DNA of 33,470 nt, taken from the NCBI GenBank assembly GCA_038230375.1, contig JBBRNJ010000088.1, positions 1-33,470 of the forward strand, given 5' to 3'. The DNA is from Polyangiales bacterium (GTDB lineage Bacteria; Myxococcota_A; Polyangia; Polyangiales; Polyangiaceae). Below the pieces are notes generated by a model. It ran no database searches, was not told the origin of the DNA, and saw only the letters and a program-made list of their open reading frames with translations. Below, piece after piece: positions 8,601 through 18,654 of this stretch (position 1 is its first letter; the number at the start of each line of letters is the position of its first letter). A program made the translations under genes and the position numbers.

Positions 8601-11600
8601 GCACCAGGACGCCCTCGGCCGGCGTGAACGGTGCGATCACGAGCAGCTCCGCGGTGTCACCCGGCGCGTACTCCTTCTTGTCCGTGACCAGCTCCACTGC
8701 GTCCTGCTTCAGATCGCGGCTCGGCGGGGTGTCCCGGTCCATGACCCACACGGACGCAGACGTCTGGCTCTTGCGGCCGAACTCGTCGCTGACAACGGCG
8801 ACCACGCGATAGCGACCGCCCTTCTTCGTGGGCAGCGAGCACATCACCGGCGCGTCGCCCGAAGTGATGGAGCACGTCTGCTCGTCGACCTCTTTTTCCT
8901 GGTAGCCCGTGGATGTCTGCTCCCAGTCGATGCGTGCGGCCTTCACCGCGACCGTCTTCTTGCCGACGGTGCCGCCGTCAAGATCCGTGACGAGCGTGTT
9001 CGCGCGGATCGCTTCGCCGGCGTTGATGAACGACTTCTCGAACTTGAGGCCGACGTACACGTTGGCCGGGTGAACGAGCATCGTCGTGTTCGCGGCCCAC
9101 GCCTGGCGGTTCACGTCCATCACGCTGGCGCTGAGCGACAGCGACATTGGATACGCGGGCTCGAGCGCGTCGAAATCCACGCGCATGTGGTGAGAGCCGA
9201 GCGGGTTCGTACGGCCCGTCCACGTCTCGTTCGTCTTCTCCGGTTTTGCACCCGGCTTGCGCGGACGGTAGTAGCCGCTGCCCCAGTCGTTCTTTCCGAA
9301 GACGAACTCCGGACGGTTCGGCGGGTGGAAGGAGCCGTCGCTGCGCGAGACGCTCCACGTGACCTATGCGTTCGGAAGCCCGCCGCCCGCGTAGTACTTG
9401 GCGTCCACGGTGGCGGTCGCGTGCTCGCCCACGAAGTTCGGGCCGGACGAGGAGCTTGCGGTGACCTCGAACTCGGGCCGACGGAACTCCTGGATCTGGA
9501 ACGTGTGCGTGCCGCTGCCCTCACCGAGCATGCTGAGCGTCACGTTTGCCTGGCCCAGGTTCGCGTTGTTCGGCGTCTTCACGATGAAGTCGAAGCCACC
9601 GAGCGGCGTCACCGGGCCCTCGCCCTTGGAGAGCTCCGCGCCGCGCGGATCGTGCGCGACCCAGTGCATCGTGTTCTTCGCGGGGTCGGTCGGGAGAGTG
9701 ACATCGCCACCCTTCTCGTAGCCCACGTGACGGACCCAGCCCTTCACATGGACGTCCTCGCCCGGCTTGTACATCTTGCGATCGTCGAACGTGAAGTAGT
9801 GCGTGGGAGACGGCTGGTAGTGGTACCCGCGCAGCCCATTCGGCATGAACGTGGAGTCCGTTCCCTTGCGAGCGATGATCATGTCGCCGCCGACACCGGT
9901 GAACTTCGCAAGCCCGTCCGGGCCTGTTTTTCCCGTACCGTTGCCGGTCTTCACGTCCACGTCGCCGATGGGCGAGCCGCTGTCGAGCGCGGTGACCCAG
10001 GCCTGTAGATCGTTCGAGTCCGCGACGCCCTCGAGCCCGAGGTGCGTGACCTGAATCCACTGACGAACCCACTCCTTCATCCAGCGCTCCGGAGCGGGGC
10101 GCGTGGTCTCGACGATCGCGAGCACCTGACCGAAGCCGCCGTTCAGCGCGGCTGTCATGTCCACGGGGGTCTCGGTGAGCTCGTCGGGCTTCTTCTCCGG
10201 GTGGATGATCTTGTCGGTGATGAGCTTGCCGGGCGGCGTGGTGAGCTTGCCGTCGTAGTCGTAGTCCTGACGCCACTTGTTGTACGCGGGCCAGTCCTCA
10301 GGCTTCACGGCGTAAAGGCGCACGCGCAGGTTCGGATCGTTCACGGTGAAGACGGGGAACTTGGGCCCAGCCGACGCCGGATCCAGGACCACCATCTGCT
10401 GCTCCTCCGAGAAGAGGACGCTCTCTGCGGGGCCGACGTCGAAGGTGTACGCGTCGTCCTGACCGAGCGTCTGCTCGAAGACATCCGACACGTCCTTGGA
10501 GATGGTGACGGCGTACTTGGTCTTGCCCTTCTTGCGGCCGCTGATGGTGAGCCAGTTGCCAGAGACCGTGGACTTCATGTCCGGGATCTCGGGAGAGACG
10601 CGGACCATGGCCTTGTCGAACTTGGCGAGCTCGAGTGAGTTCGTGAACTCGATCGAGAACGAGCTGAACGGATTGCACGAGTAGCACTCGTGGCGCGTGA
10701 CGCGCAGCGGCCCGTAGGTGCGGAAATTGAACGACTGATCGGCGGTGGTGGTCTTCGGGCCTTCGGCCGACGGCGTGCCCTTCGGGAACGTGATGTCAAG
10801 ACCGGCCGCCGTCGAGAGCTTCTCCACCGGCTTCACGATGATCATGCGGCCCTTCGCCGCGTTGGCCTCGTACTGCCCGCCAGCCGAACGCTTGTAGTCG
10901 CCCACGCCCAGCGAGAGGGGACCGTCGTCTTCCTTGCGCTCCAGGAGGCGTGTGACGTTGTCGTCGTCTGCGATCTCTTCCTTCGTGGCGAACCGCACCT
11001 TGATGGCATTGCCGTTCTGCTTCACCACCATGGAGGCGAGCAGCGCTTCGGGGTTCACCGCCTGGTCGAAGCGCGCGTAGATGATCGGGTCCAGCTTGAC
11101 GGAGTTGCCGTAGGGACCGTGCTCCGTGAGCTTCACAGGGGGCGTTGCGAACGTCCAGTGCTCGGCCGCTGCGAGCGTCGCGCCCGTCACGCCCTTCGTG
11201 CCGACGTCCACGTCGACTGTGTAGTCGGTGGACATGGGGAAGCGCTTCGTGGGCTGGAACATCACGGTCTGCGTGCCGAGCCAGCGCCAGTTGCCAGGCG
11301 GCTGCGGGGTGAGCCGTACCGGGATCGGGAGCTTCGAGAGATCATCGTGCGACGTGATGGGCACCATCGGCGCGTTGAATGTGGCCGTGAGGTACGGCGC
11401 GAGCGACACGGCACCCTCCGGCTCGTGGCGAAGCAGCTTGAGCGGGCCAGCCGCGACGGTCGGCGGTGCGCCGGAGGCCACGGGCGGCGGAAACGCCTCC
11501 TTGATGGTGTCGCCCGGACGCGGCGCGGGGATCGACTTGTCGCGCAGCGCGAACGATTTTGCGTCGTCGGCTTCGCCCTGGAGCTTCGGCAGTCGATCGA

Positions 11601-11853
11601 AGAGATGCTTCGTGTCATCTGCGGAGAGCGGCGTGGTCTTGGCCGGCTTCGTCGGCTCGTCTGAGCCGTTGTCGTCGCCTTCGCTCAGTCGAAAGCCAAG
11701 GCCGCTCTTCGACATTCGGACGACGACGGGCTCCTTCGTCTTGGCAGCGACCCCTACCGGCGTCTGCGGCGTTTCGCCTCCGGGTTTGGCGCCGGGACAG
11801 CCGATGGCGAGGCCACCAGCGAGCATGACGAGGACGATGCCAGATCGCTTCAT
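5647..11853 (-). pseudogene. Bacterial alpha-2-macroglobulin lipoprotein (~2068 codons) interrupted by a single in-frame TAG at 9364-9366
   Basis: Lipobox-like LAIGC after ATG 11853, which has an AAGGA RBS. Family motifs: FDDRKMYKPGEDV, QEFRRPEFEV, LPDNLTRYRVMA, thioester motif YPFECNEQ, WGSTQEN and C-terminal PPKAEEMYSPEVFGR. ORFs 9364-11901 and 5647-9186 are in the same frame and the 59 codons between them are open. Confidence 0.9.
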
Positions 11854-11913
11854 GATGATCCTTGGTACACGAAAAACCGGATGGCCCGTTCGATACTGCA
11901 CGGGCGCCAGGGG

Positions 11914-11941
11914 TCGACCGCCGTGAGACGTACGAAGTTCC
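11914..11941 (-). promoter_or_regulatory. Candidate sigmaE-type (ECF) promoter for the alpha-2-macroglobulin gene
   Basis: The minus strand reads GGAACTT-N16-GTCGA about 60 nt upstream of ATG 11853, matching the RpoE-like GGAACTT-N16-GTCnA architecture. Confidence 0.5.
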
Positions 11942-12014
11942 CGAAAGACCTACGAGTCGGCCACGCGAGGACGACAATGTGCGCGTTTTCGGGAAGATCC
12001 TGCGCATCCGAGCG

Positions 12015-14282
12015 CTACATGCAGATCGAGACGCCCTGATACGGCGTGCAGTCGCCGACCTTGCACGGGGTCTCCGGCGAGCAGGCCTGGAAGCAGTGCT
12101 CGAGCGCGCCCGCGTGCCTCCAGCCGGGCAGACACGAGGGCGCGGTGAACGGATCACCCGCCTCGCAGCGCAGGCGCTTTTCGCAGTCCGAGGCATAGGT
12201 CCGCGCGCAGTCGGCATCGGGCGCGCCGGGAAAGGTCTCGCAGGCACTGCTCTTGGTGACGGCCGCGCGGCAGGCGCAGGTATCCGCTACTCCGTCGGTG
12301 AGGACGGGAGCGTGGCGCGGTATCCGCTTGCTGAAGGTCGTCCAGTCATCCTCGTAGCTGTGCTCCATCTGGGCGTCGGAGCGCTTCCACCCGAGCGTGA
12401 CCAGGCCGTCCTTGCGACGGATCGTGATGTCGCCGTAGCCGCTATCGAAGGTCACGGTGATGATCGCGCTGTCGCCGTCGACGACGGGAACGGTGGCGGA
12501 CAGGAACCCGGGCCCGCTCATCGTCATGGCGTCGCGTCCGGAGCGCTTCGCGGAGATCGCGGCGGGCTTCGGCGCCCGGAGCTCCAGGTAGTACGGATCG
12601 ACCGCCTGCTTGTCGGTGACGCACACCATGCGCACCCATTCGCGCAGGGTCGTGACGCGACAGTCGAGCGGGCACTCGTAGAGCAGGCGATCTTCGAGCA
12701 CTGGGCGATCGATCACGACGTGCAGGCCTGTCTTCCACTCCTCCTCGCTGGGTGGTCGGGTCCGTCCCGCGGGCAGGGAAAGAGGCAGATCAGGGACGAG
12801 CGCTGGCTCGTGCAGCGCCGTCGCGATCGCGGAGCCGAGCGCGCGGTGGCCCTTCGGCGTCATGTGCAGGTCGCCGATGAGGAACGCGCCGGGCTCCGCA
12901 GCAAGAAGCGCCTCGCGCGGGTCGAGCGCAGAGATGCCACGCATGCGAGACAGCGCGACGATGTCGTCCGCGAGCACGCGCGTGGAGGCGACGTCGATGG
13001 GCGCGGTGGCGAGTCCATACTTCTTCCACTCGTCCGCGCTCACCTGCACGTCGAGCGGGAGCGCGACCACCAGCAGACGAGCGCCGTGCGCGTCCGCGAG
13101 CTCCTTCATCTTGATGATGTGCGTTGCCATCGGTGACGACTCGCGGACGGCCTGCAGCGGCGCGGCGAGCAGCGCCTCCAGCTTTCGCTGCTGCTCCGTG
13201 CGCTCCTGGAACGAGGCCACCAGCGCCTGATCACCCTGCGTTCGCGCCCGCTCACGCGCCACCTCCTTCTGGATGCGCTCCTCCACCTCGTGTCTGACCT
13301 CCGCGCCTGCGATGAGCTGATTGGCCGTCACCTCCACCGCTCGCGACTCCTCTGCAGAGACGAACACCTTGGTGGACGTGACGATGTCCTCGGGCGCTCC
13401 ATGGCCGCGCAGGTAAGCCTGGCCGCGCATGTCGTAGACGACGCCAGGGTGCCTCTCTGCCAGGGCCTTCTCCATGTCGAGCTGCGCCGCGCGCGCCGCG
13501 TCCTCGACCTTCTTGCGGTCTGCGGCGAAGACTGCGGCTCCGTCGCTCTTCTGATCCTCGTGCGCCAGCGAGGCGAGATCCTTCCACGACCCCTCGGAGG
13601 CGAAGCCAGAGCCGCTCTTGGGCGCAATGCCAACGCCACGCAGCGCATAGAACAGGTGTGAGTCACGATAGAGCCACTCGCGGCCGGGGAAGCTCGTCAC
13701 GTGCTCCGGCGCGGTCTCCTTGCGCACCGCCCAGCCATCCCACACCACGTGACGGGTGACGTTCGGGCGCGACGCCTCGAAGAGATCGTTCGCCATGTTG
13801 ATGATGTAGACGACAGTGACCGGCTCCTTGGCTACGTCCTTCTTCGTGGGATGGCGCTTGTCGAGCAGCGACTTCGCGACCGCGTAGTACTCGTCGGGCC
13901 CGTACGTGGGCACGCCCGCGTTGATGACCGTGCGCCCTGCGAGGCTCGTGGACAGGACCGCCGAGAACGTCTCGTCCTCCTGTACGCCCAGACCGAACAC
14001 CTGCGAGTCGCCGACCACGATGATCTCGTCGTCCGTGACAGGTGGCAGGCCTGCGCCACGAAATCCCTCGGGCCCGATGCGCACGTGCGTGAGCGGGTTC
14101 CCATTGAAGGCGATCTCCTCTGTCGCGTTCGGTCGGAGGCGCGTGCCAAGGGCGGGATCGGACTCGTAGACATTGAGATGCGGAAACGCCGCGTGATCAC
14201 GCGCGCGGAAGATGCCCTCGGAGATAGCGAGGCCAACGCCCAGCCCGAGGAGAGCCAGCCCGATTCGCCTTCGACGGTTCAT
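12015..14282 (-). CDS. SGNH/GDSL hydrolase-family protein (AlgX/AlgJ-like) with N-terminal membrane anchor, helical insertion and Cys-rich C-terminus
   Basis: Block I IIVVGDSQVFG, block II INAGVPTYG, block III NMANDLFE and block V GDLHMTPKGH. N-terminal RRRR followed by a hydrophobic helix; many Cys in the last ~90 aa. Confidence 0.82.
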   Translation of the reverse strand: MNRRRRIGLALLGLGVGLAISEGIFRARDHAAFPHLNVYESDPALGTRLRPNATEEIAFNGNPLTHVRIGPEGFRGAGLPPVTDDEIIVVGDSQVFGLGVQEDETFSAVLSTSLAGRTVINAGVPTYGPDEYYAVAKSLLDKRHPTKKDVAKEPVTVVYIINMANDLFEASRPNVTRHVVWDGWAVRKETAPEHVTSFPGREWLYRDSHLFYALRGVGIAPKSGSGFASEGSWKDLASLAHEDQKSDGAAVFAADRKKVEDAARAAQLDMEKALAERHPGVVYDMRGQAYLRGHGAPEDIVTSTKVFVSAEESRAVEVTANQLIAGAEVRHEVEERIQKEVARERARTQGDQALVASFQERTEQQRKLEALLAAPLQAVRESSPMATHIIKMKELADAHGARLLVVALPLDVQVSADEWKKYGLATAPIDVASTRVLADDIVALSRMRGISALDPREALLAAEPGAFLIGDLHMTPKGHRALGSAIATALHEPALVPDLPLSLPAGRTRPPSEEEWKTGLHVVIDRPVLEDRLLYECPLDCRVTTLREWVRMVCVTDKQAVDPYYLELRAPKPAAISAKRSGRDAMTMSGPGFLSATVPVVDGDSAIITVTFDSGYGDITIRRKDGLVTLGWKRSDAQMEHSYEDDWTTFSKRIPRHAPVLTDGVADTCACRAAVTKSSACETFPGAPDADCARTYASDCEKRLRCEAGDPFTAPSCLPGWRHAGALEHCFQACSPETPCKVGDCTPYQGVSICM

Positions 14283-14331
14283 CCCACCCAGGATACGCGC
14301 CGCCACGGGATCTTCTTCCGCGCGTTGCCGC

Positions 14332-15585
14332 TCATGCGGATTCGAAGAGCGTTCGAATGCGGCGCGATAGCACCATCAGCGCAATCCCCGCTGCCACGAG
14401 GAGCACGGCGCCGCCGACAGTGGTCACCATGGCGACACTCCGCTCAGCGGATAGCGGGCCGCCGAGCAGGCCGCCCAGCATCTGGATCAACAGGAAGCCA
14501 GAGACCATCACCGTCGCAGCCTTCCCGCGCACGGCAAGCGCGGCGAACACCACGCCGACCGCGTACAGGGGCTCCGAGAAGCCGGCCCCACACATGCCAA
14601 GGAGGCGTACGGCGAACGCGGGCACGAGGAGCAACAGCGCGCTCAAGGCGAACGCGACGTATCCGGCGCCCACGAACAGCGCGAGCGACACCGGCGAGCG
14701 CTTCTGCGTGAGGACGAGCAGCAAGACGAAGAGCGCAAAGGCGGTGAACGCGGTCGACACGCCTTCGGCGCCCTGGAGCAGACCGTACTGCCGATAGTCC
14801 GCGTCCTCGGGCGGACGCTCCGCCGTGCTGCCGACCAGATACGCGAGCGCGCTCGGGACAGCGAGTGCGAGCGCGGCGACGATCGCGATCGGGTCCACGC
14901 CGATGTTGGCGCTTCCTTTTGCGCCTGGCTCGGTCCGGTAGGCCGTCGGCTGCGCGGGCGTGTTGGATGGTGCCACGCGCTCGCGATCCACGAGGAGGCT
15001 CGCGCCAAAGAGGACCGCGACGAGCACGTTGACCGCAACGCAGAAGAGCGCTGGCGTCCGATACCCAAGACGCTGCATCAACGCACCGAAGATCGCGGGG
15101 GCGAGCAGCGCTGACACGTTGACCATGCCGAGAAGCAGGGTCGCGAAGCACGCAAGCGACAGGAATCTTCGGCCAGAGGGCGCGACCAGCTCCGTCTCAC
15201 CCTCGAACGTGAGGACGCGCGCCGCGTACGCGAGCGTGCACGGGCGCACGAGCCCCGTTCCGAACGAGCCCACGAGCAGACCGAGGAGTGCTGTGCCTTC
15301 GCGGCTCGACAGCGCGAAGATCAAGAGGCCCAGCGCCGTCCCCATGGCACCAATGGCCGCGATGATGCGTGGCGGTAACACGAACGCCAGTGCGCCCGCG
15401 CAGAGCGTCGCGAAGAGCGACACGAGCGTGAGCTGGCCGAAGATGGCCCCCATCTTCGCGACGCTGAGCTGCAGCTCGCTGGTCAGCGCGAGCGCGAGAA
15501 ATGTGCGATGGCCGTAGTAGGCGAAGCGCTCCGCCGAGATGGCGACGATGAGTATCGCGAGCGAGCCAAGGATGCGGGTGGGCAT
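14332..15585 (-). CDS. MFS transporter, POT/PTR (peptide:H+ symporter)-like
   Basis: About 12 hydrophobic helices; N-terminal ISAERFAYYG resembles the POT ExxERFxYYG motif; GTGLVRP resembles GxGxxKP. Confidence 0.8.
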   Translation of the reverse strand: MPTRILGSLAILIVAISAERFAYYGHRTFLALALTSELQLSVAKMGAIFGQLTLVSLFATLCAGALAFVLPPRIIAAIGAMGTALGLLIFALSSREGTALLGLLVGSFGTGLVRPCTLAYAARVLTFEGETELVAPSGRRFLSLACFATLLLGMVNVSALLAPAIFGALMQRLGYRTPALFCVAVNVLVAVLFGASLLVDRERVAPSNTPAQPTAYRTEPGAKGSANIGVDPIAIVAALALAVPSALAYLVGSTAERPPEDADYRQYGLLQGAEGVSTAFTAFALFVLLLVLTQKRSPVSLALFVGAGYVAFALSALLLLVPAFAVRLLGMCGAGFSEPLYAVGVVFAALAVRGKAATVMVSGFLLIQMLGGLLGGPLSAERSVAMVTTVGGAVLLVAAGIALMVLSRRIRTLFESA

Positions 15586-15590
15586 AGGGC

Positions 15591-16325
15591 TCAGAGGATC
15601 CCGAGACGACGGCGCAGCTTGCGCGCAGACTGGCGGGAGATGTCGACCTTGGCGCCCGAGTCCATGTGCGCGATGTACCCGCCGGAGTGCACTGGCTCCA
15701 GGCGCGACACGCGATCCAGGTTCACGAGAGCACGGCGGTGCACGCGCTCGAACAGGCCCTCTGGCAGCTTCGCCTCCAGGTCCTGCAGCGACGCGTCCGT
15801 GAGGACCTTCTTGTCGTGCGTGTGCACCGTGACCAGCGCGCCATCGAAGTCTGCGTGCGTGACGTCACCTGGCGAGAGCAGCACCACGCCGCCCTGCGTG
15901 GACAACGCGAGCTTCTGCGTGGTGGTAGGCGCATCCTTCGAAGGGCGCGGGGGGCCATCCAGGAATCCGCGCGCTCGCTCGACCGCCTTGGTGAGGCGCG
16001 CGGCGTCCACCGGCTTCAGGATGTAGTCCACCGCGCCCACGTCGAACGCGGCCAGCGCGTGCTCGGGATGCGCCGTGAGAAACACCAGATACGGCTTGTC
16101 CTCTGGGAGCGACTGAGCGAGCTCCATGCCCGTCATGCCCGGCATCTGGATGTCGAAGAAGCACATGTCGATCTCGTCCTCGGCGATACGCTCACGTGCC
16201 TCTTCCGGTCGCTCGCACTCGATGATGCGTTCGATCGCGGGCAGATCACCGAGCAGCCGGATGAGGCGCTTGCGGGCGATTGATTCGTCGTCGAGCACGA
16301 GCACGCGTAGCGGCAGCACGGCCAT
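15591..16325 (-). CDS. LytTR-family response regulator
   Basis: Receiver domain (LVLDDE, FFDIQMPGMTG, FLTAH, AVDYILKPV) plus LytTR domain (FERVHRRALVNLDRV, ISRQ). Confidence 0.95.
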   Translation of the reverse strand: MAVLPLRVLVLDDESIARKRLIRLLGDLPAIERIIECERPEEARERIAEDEIDMCFFDIQMPGMTGMELAQSLPEDKPYLVFLTAHPEHALAAFDVGAVDYILKPVDAARLTKAVERARGFLDGPPRPSKDAPTTTQKLALSTQGGVVLLSPGDVTHADFDGALVTVHTHDKKVLTDASLQDLEAKLPEGLFERVHRRALVNLDRVSRLEPVHSGGYIAHMDSGAKVDISRQSARKLRRRLGIL

Positions 16326-16334
16326 GGCAACAAT

Positions 16335-17456
16335 CTAGGTGGTGGTCTGCGTTCGTGGAAGCGTGATGCGCGCGAGCGTGCGCGGGGCCGGCTCTCCCGG
16401 GCCGCCCTCGATGCCCTCGATGGTCACCTTCGCGCGCGAGCCGTAGGAGAGGCGCAGCCGCTTCTCGACGATCTCGACGCCCGTTCCACCAGCCCGCCGC
16501 CCCTTGTACTGGCCGGGGTTCTCGACCTCGATCACGATGTGCTCCCCGTCCTCCTTCACACGCAGGATGACGTCGCCGCGATTGCCAGCCGCGGGCCCGT
16601 GCTTCATCGCGTTCTCGGAGAGCGGTAGGAGCAGCATGGGAGGCACCGAGATGTCGGGGAGCCTCGCAAATTCCTTCTTGTACAGAAAGCGCTTCGGATC
16701 GCGGATGCGGTGCAGGTCGAAGAGCGAGAGCGACAGGCCCACCTCCTTGTCCAGGGGCCACGACGTCTCCTTGATCCCGGTCATCACGGTGCGCAGCATG
16801 GAGGACAGCTCCAGGATCGCGCGCTCCGCCACCTCGCCGTCCTCGCGACACCACTCCGCGATTGCGTTGAGCGTGTTGAAGAGGAAGTGCGGGTCAAAGT
16901 GGTTCTTCAGCGCGATGAGCTGCGCATGCTCTGCTTCCTTCTGCATCAGGTCGGCGCGCTCGCGTGCGCGGCCCAGGTTCGCCTCCAGGTCCACGTCGCG
17001 CGCCAGCCCCCAACCACCGACCCAGAAGAGCGCGGTCGAGACCGCGAGGCTCGGCTTGGTGGTCAGAAAGGTGTATCCTACACCGAACATCGCCGGCACC
17101 AGGCGCCCGATGCTCACGACGAGCAGCGCGCCGGTGACGCTGTAGATGAGGAGCCCCAGGCCCAGGCTCGCGCGCTTGCCCTCGATGGGGAACAGCACGC
17201 GCCAGAGCGCGGGCGCGATCAGGATGAAGCTCCCGGCGAGCGCGGCACCGATGGGAAGCGCGAGGTACTCCCGGCTGTAGCGCTCCTGCGCGACGAGCAG
17301 CGGCACCACGACGACCGCGATCGGTATCAGCCGCCTGGGCGCGCACAGCGCGAGCAGCGTGAACCGAAAGGACTCTATGATGGCGCCCACGATGAGAGCA
17401 TAGACGAGTCCCGCGCAGCCGGCCGTCACCGCACCGGTGAGGTGCCCAAAAGGCAT
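16335..17456 (-). CDS. LytS-family sensor histidine kinase
   Basis: About five N-terminal TM helices; H-box DPHFLFNTLN; PPMLLLPLSENAMKHG; lies directly upstream of the LytTR regulator. Confidence 0.92.
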   Translation of the reverse strand: MPFGHLTGAVTAGCAGLVYALIVGAIIESFRFTLLALCAPRRLIPIAVVVVPLLVAQERYSREYLALPIGAALAGSFILIAPALWRVLFPIEGKRASLGLGLLIYSVTGALLVVSIGRLVPAMFGVGYTFLTTKPSLAVSTALFWVGGWGLARDVDLEANLGRARERADLMQKEAEHAQLIALKNHFDPHFLFNTLNAIAEWCREDGEVAERAILELSSMLRTVMTGIKETSWPLDKEVGLSLSLFDLHRIRDPKRFLYKKEFARLPDISVPPMLLLPLSENAMKHGPAAGNRGDVILRVKEDGEHIVIEVENPGQYKGRRAGGTGVEIVEKRLRLSYGSRAKVTIEGIEGGPGEPAPRTLARITLPRTQTTT

Positions 17457-17481
17457 GCCGAGTGGTCGCCGCGCATCCCCG

Positions 17482-17505
17482 AGCCGCGTGCGTCACGCAC
17501 GGGCT
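17482..17505. other. Intergenic GC-rich hairpin (possible terminator or RNA-stabilising stem)
   Basis: AGCC-G-CGTGCG-TCA-CGCACG-GGCT, located just after the stop of 17514-18587; no U-tract. Confidence 0.35.
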
Positions 17506-17513
17506 GCCAGATG

Positions 17514-18587
17514 CTAGAACGGCGAGTCGCGAACGATGCCGCCCTTTGGCTTCTGCGGAGTCGTCGGCGGACGCGCGCCTGTCGGTGGGCGTGGCGGCGT
17601 CGGTCGTGCGGGCGTCGTCACCGGAGCGCGCGCAGCGGCGACGGGCTTTGGCGGGCTCGCCGGGGTGGGGCTCGGCGGAGTGGGGCTCGCCGGGGTCGCG
17701 GCAACATCGTCGTCGGGTGGCGGCGGCGGGGGGATGTCGGCCTTCGCCCTGGGCTTCGCGGCGGTGTCGATGTTCGCGGCCGCTGGCTCCAGGTGTGCGG
17801 GCTCGCTGGTCGCGTGGGTCACGGGCATGGGCGTCGCTGGTAGCGTGGGCGTCGGGGAGCTGCCGATTGCCGCCTTGATGATCACACCAAGGCCAATGAG
17901 CAACACCAGCCCACCCATCGCTCCGAACACGATTCGAATGCGGTGCTTGTTGGCGGGTTGGACGAGCTCCTCTCTCTCAGGGAGGTCGATCTCGAACGGA
18001 ATGGCGCGCGCAGGCGTGGGCTGCGGCGCGCCGATGTGACGCTGCGTGCGTTCTTCGAAGACGACATCACCCGTCGGGAAGCCGGTCGGCACCGTGATCG
18101 CACGAGGGCGCATCGGCGACAGAGCCATCTCTGCGTGATCATCACTGTGAAGCAACGCGCGCGCGTCGACGACGCGTAGGGTGTCATGCGAGACGCCAGG
18201 CTCGGCGGGCGCGGGCGGTCCAGCGGCGGCGAGTGCTTCCGGGGTCGGCACGGCGCGATCGACCTCGGTGCGCTCCTCCGGCTCCTCGGGCGGCGCACCA
18301 CGCATGGTGAGATCCTCGTGGACGTGAAGGTCGGTGATCTTCCGCTCTCCGCTCTCCTCGAAGCCGGGCGTCATCACCGGCTTCATCGTGGCTTCCTGGT
18401 CGGTCCGGGGTTGGGCCGTCACACGCTCGATGGGCCGCGGTGCCACCGCGCTGACCGTGTCAGCCCTGTCGGTCTCGACGGTCTCGACGGTCTCCCAGGC
18501 AGGGCGGATCTGCGCGGCCAGCGCGTCGACGCTGGTGATGTCCGGAGAGGATAGCGGAGCAGAGGGGGCTTCCTTCTTGCTGGTCAT
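17514..18587 (-). CDS. Hypothetical single-pass membrane protein with Pro-rich C-terminal tail
   Basis: ATG 18587 (MTSKKEAP). Low-complexity acidic N-terminus, TM helix IVFGAMGGLVLLIGLGVII, Pro/Ala tail ending KPKGGIVRDSPF. Confidence 0.72.
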   Translation of the reverse strand: MTSKKEAPSAPLSSPDITSVDALAAQIRPAWETVETVETDRADTVSAVAPRPIERVTAQPRTDQEATMKPVMTPGFEESGERKITDLHVHEDLTMRGAPPEEPEERTEVDRAVPTPEALAAAGPPAPAEPGVSHDTLRVVDARALLHSDDHAEMALSPMRPRAITVPTGFPTGDVVFEERTQRHIGAPQPTPARAIPFEIDLPEREELVQPANKHRIRIVFGAMGGLVLLIGLGVIIKAAIGSSPTPTLPATPMPVTHATSEPAHLEPAAANIDTAAKPRAKADIPPPPPPDDDVAATPASPTPPSPTPASPPKPVAAARAPVTTPARPTPPRPPTGARPPTTPQKPKGGIVRDSPF

Positions 18588-18654
18588 GGCGCGCGTCCAT
18601 TTCAACCGTAGCACGAGGCATGCGCCCGGCGCGTTCTGGGCGTACGCTGGATGT

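Noticed and set aside
8494..10008. Long antisense or alternative-frame ORFs (also 11862-13136, 21987-23804, 18676-20055, 28750-30021 and others)
   Set aside because: These are Arg/Ala/Gly-rich shadow ORFs overlapping well-supported genes, as expected from stop-codon scarcity in high-GC DNA.
18609..18625. sigma54 promoter for gene 17514-18587
   Set aside because: The minus strand has CG rather than GG at the -24 position (CGCATGCCTCGTGCT), which is too weak to call.
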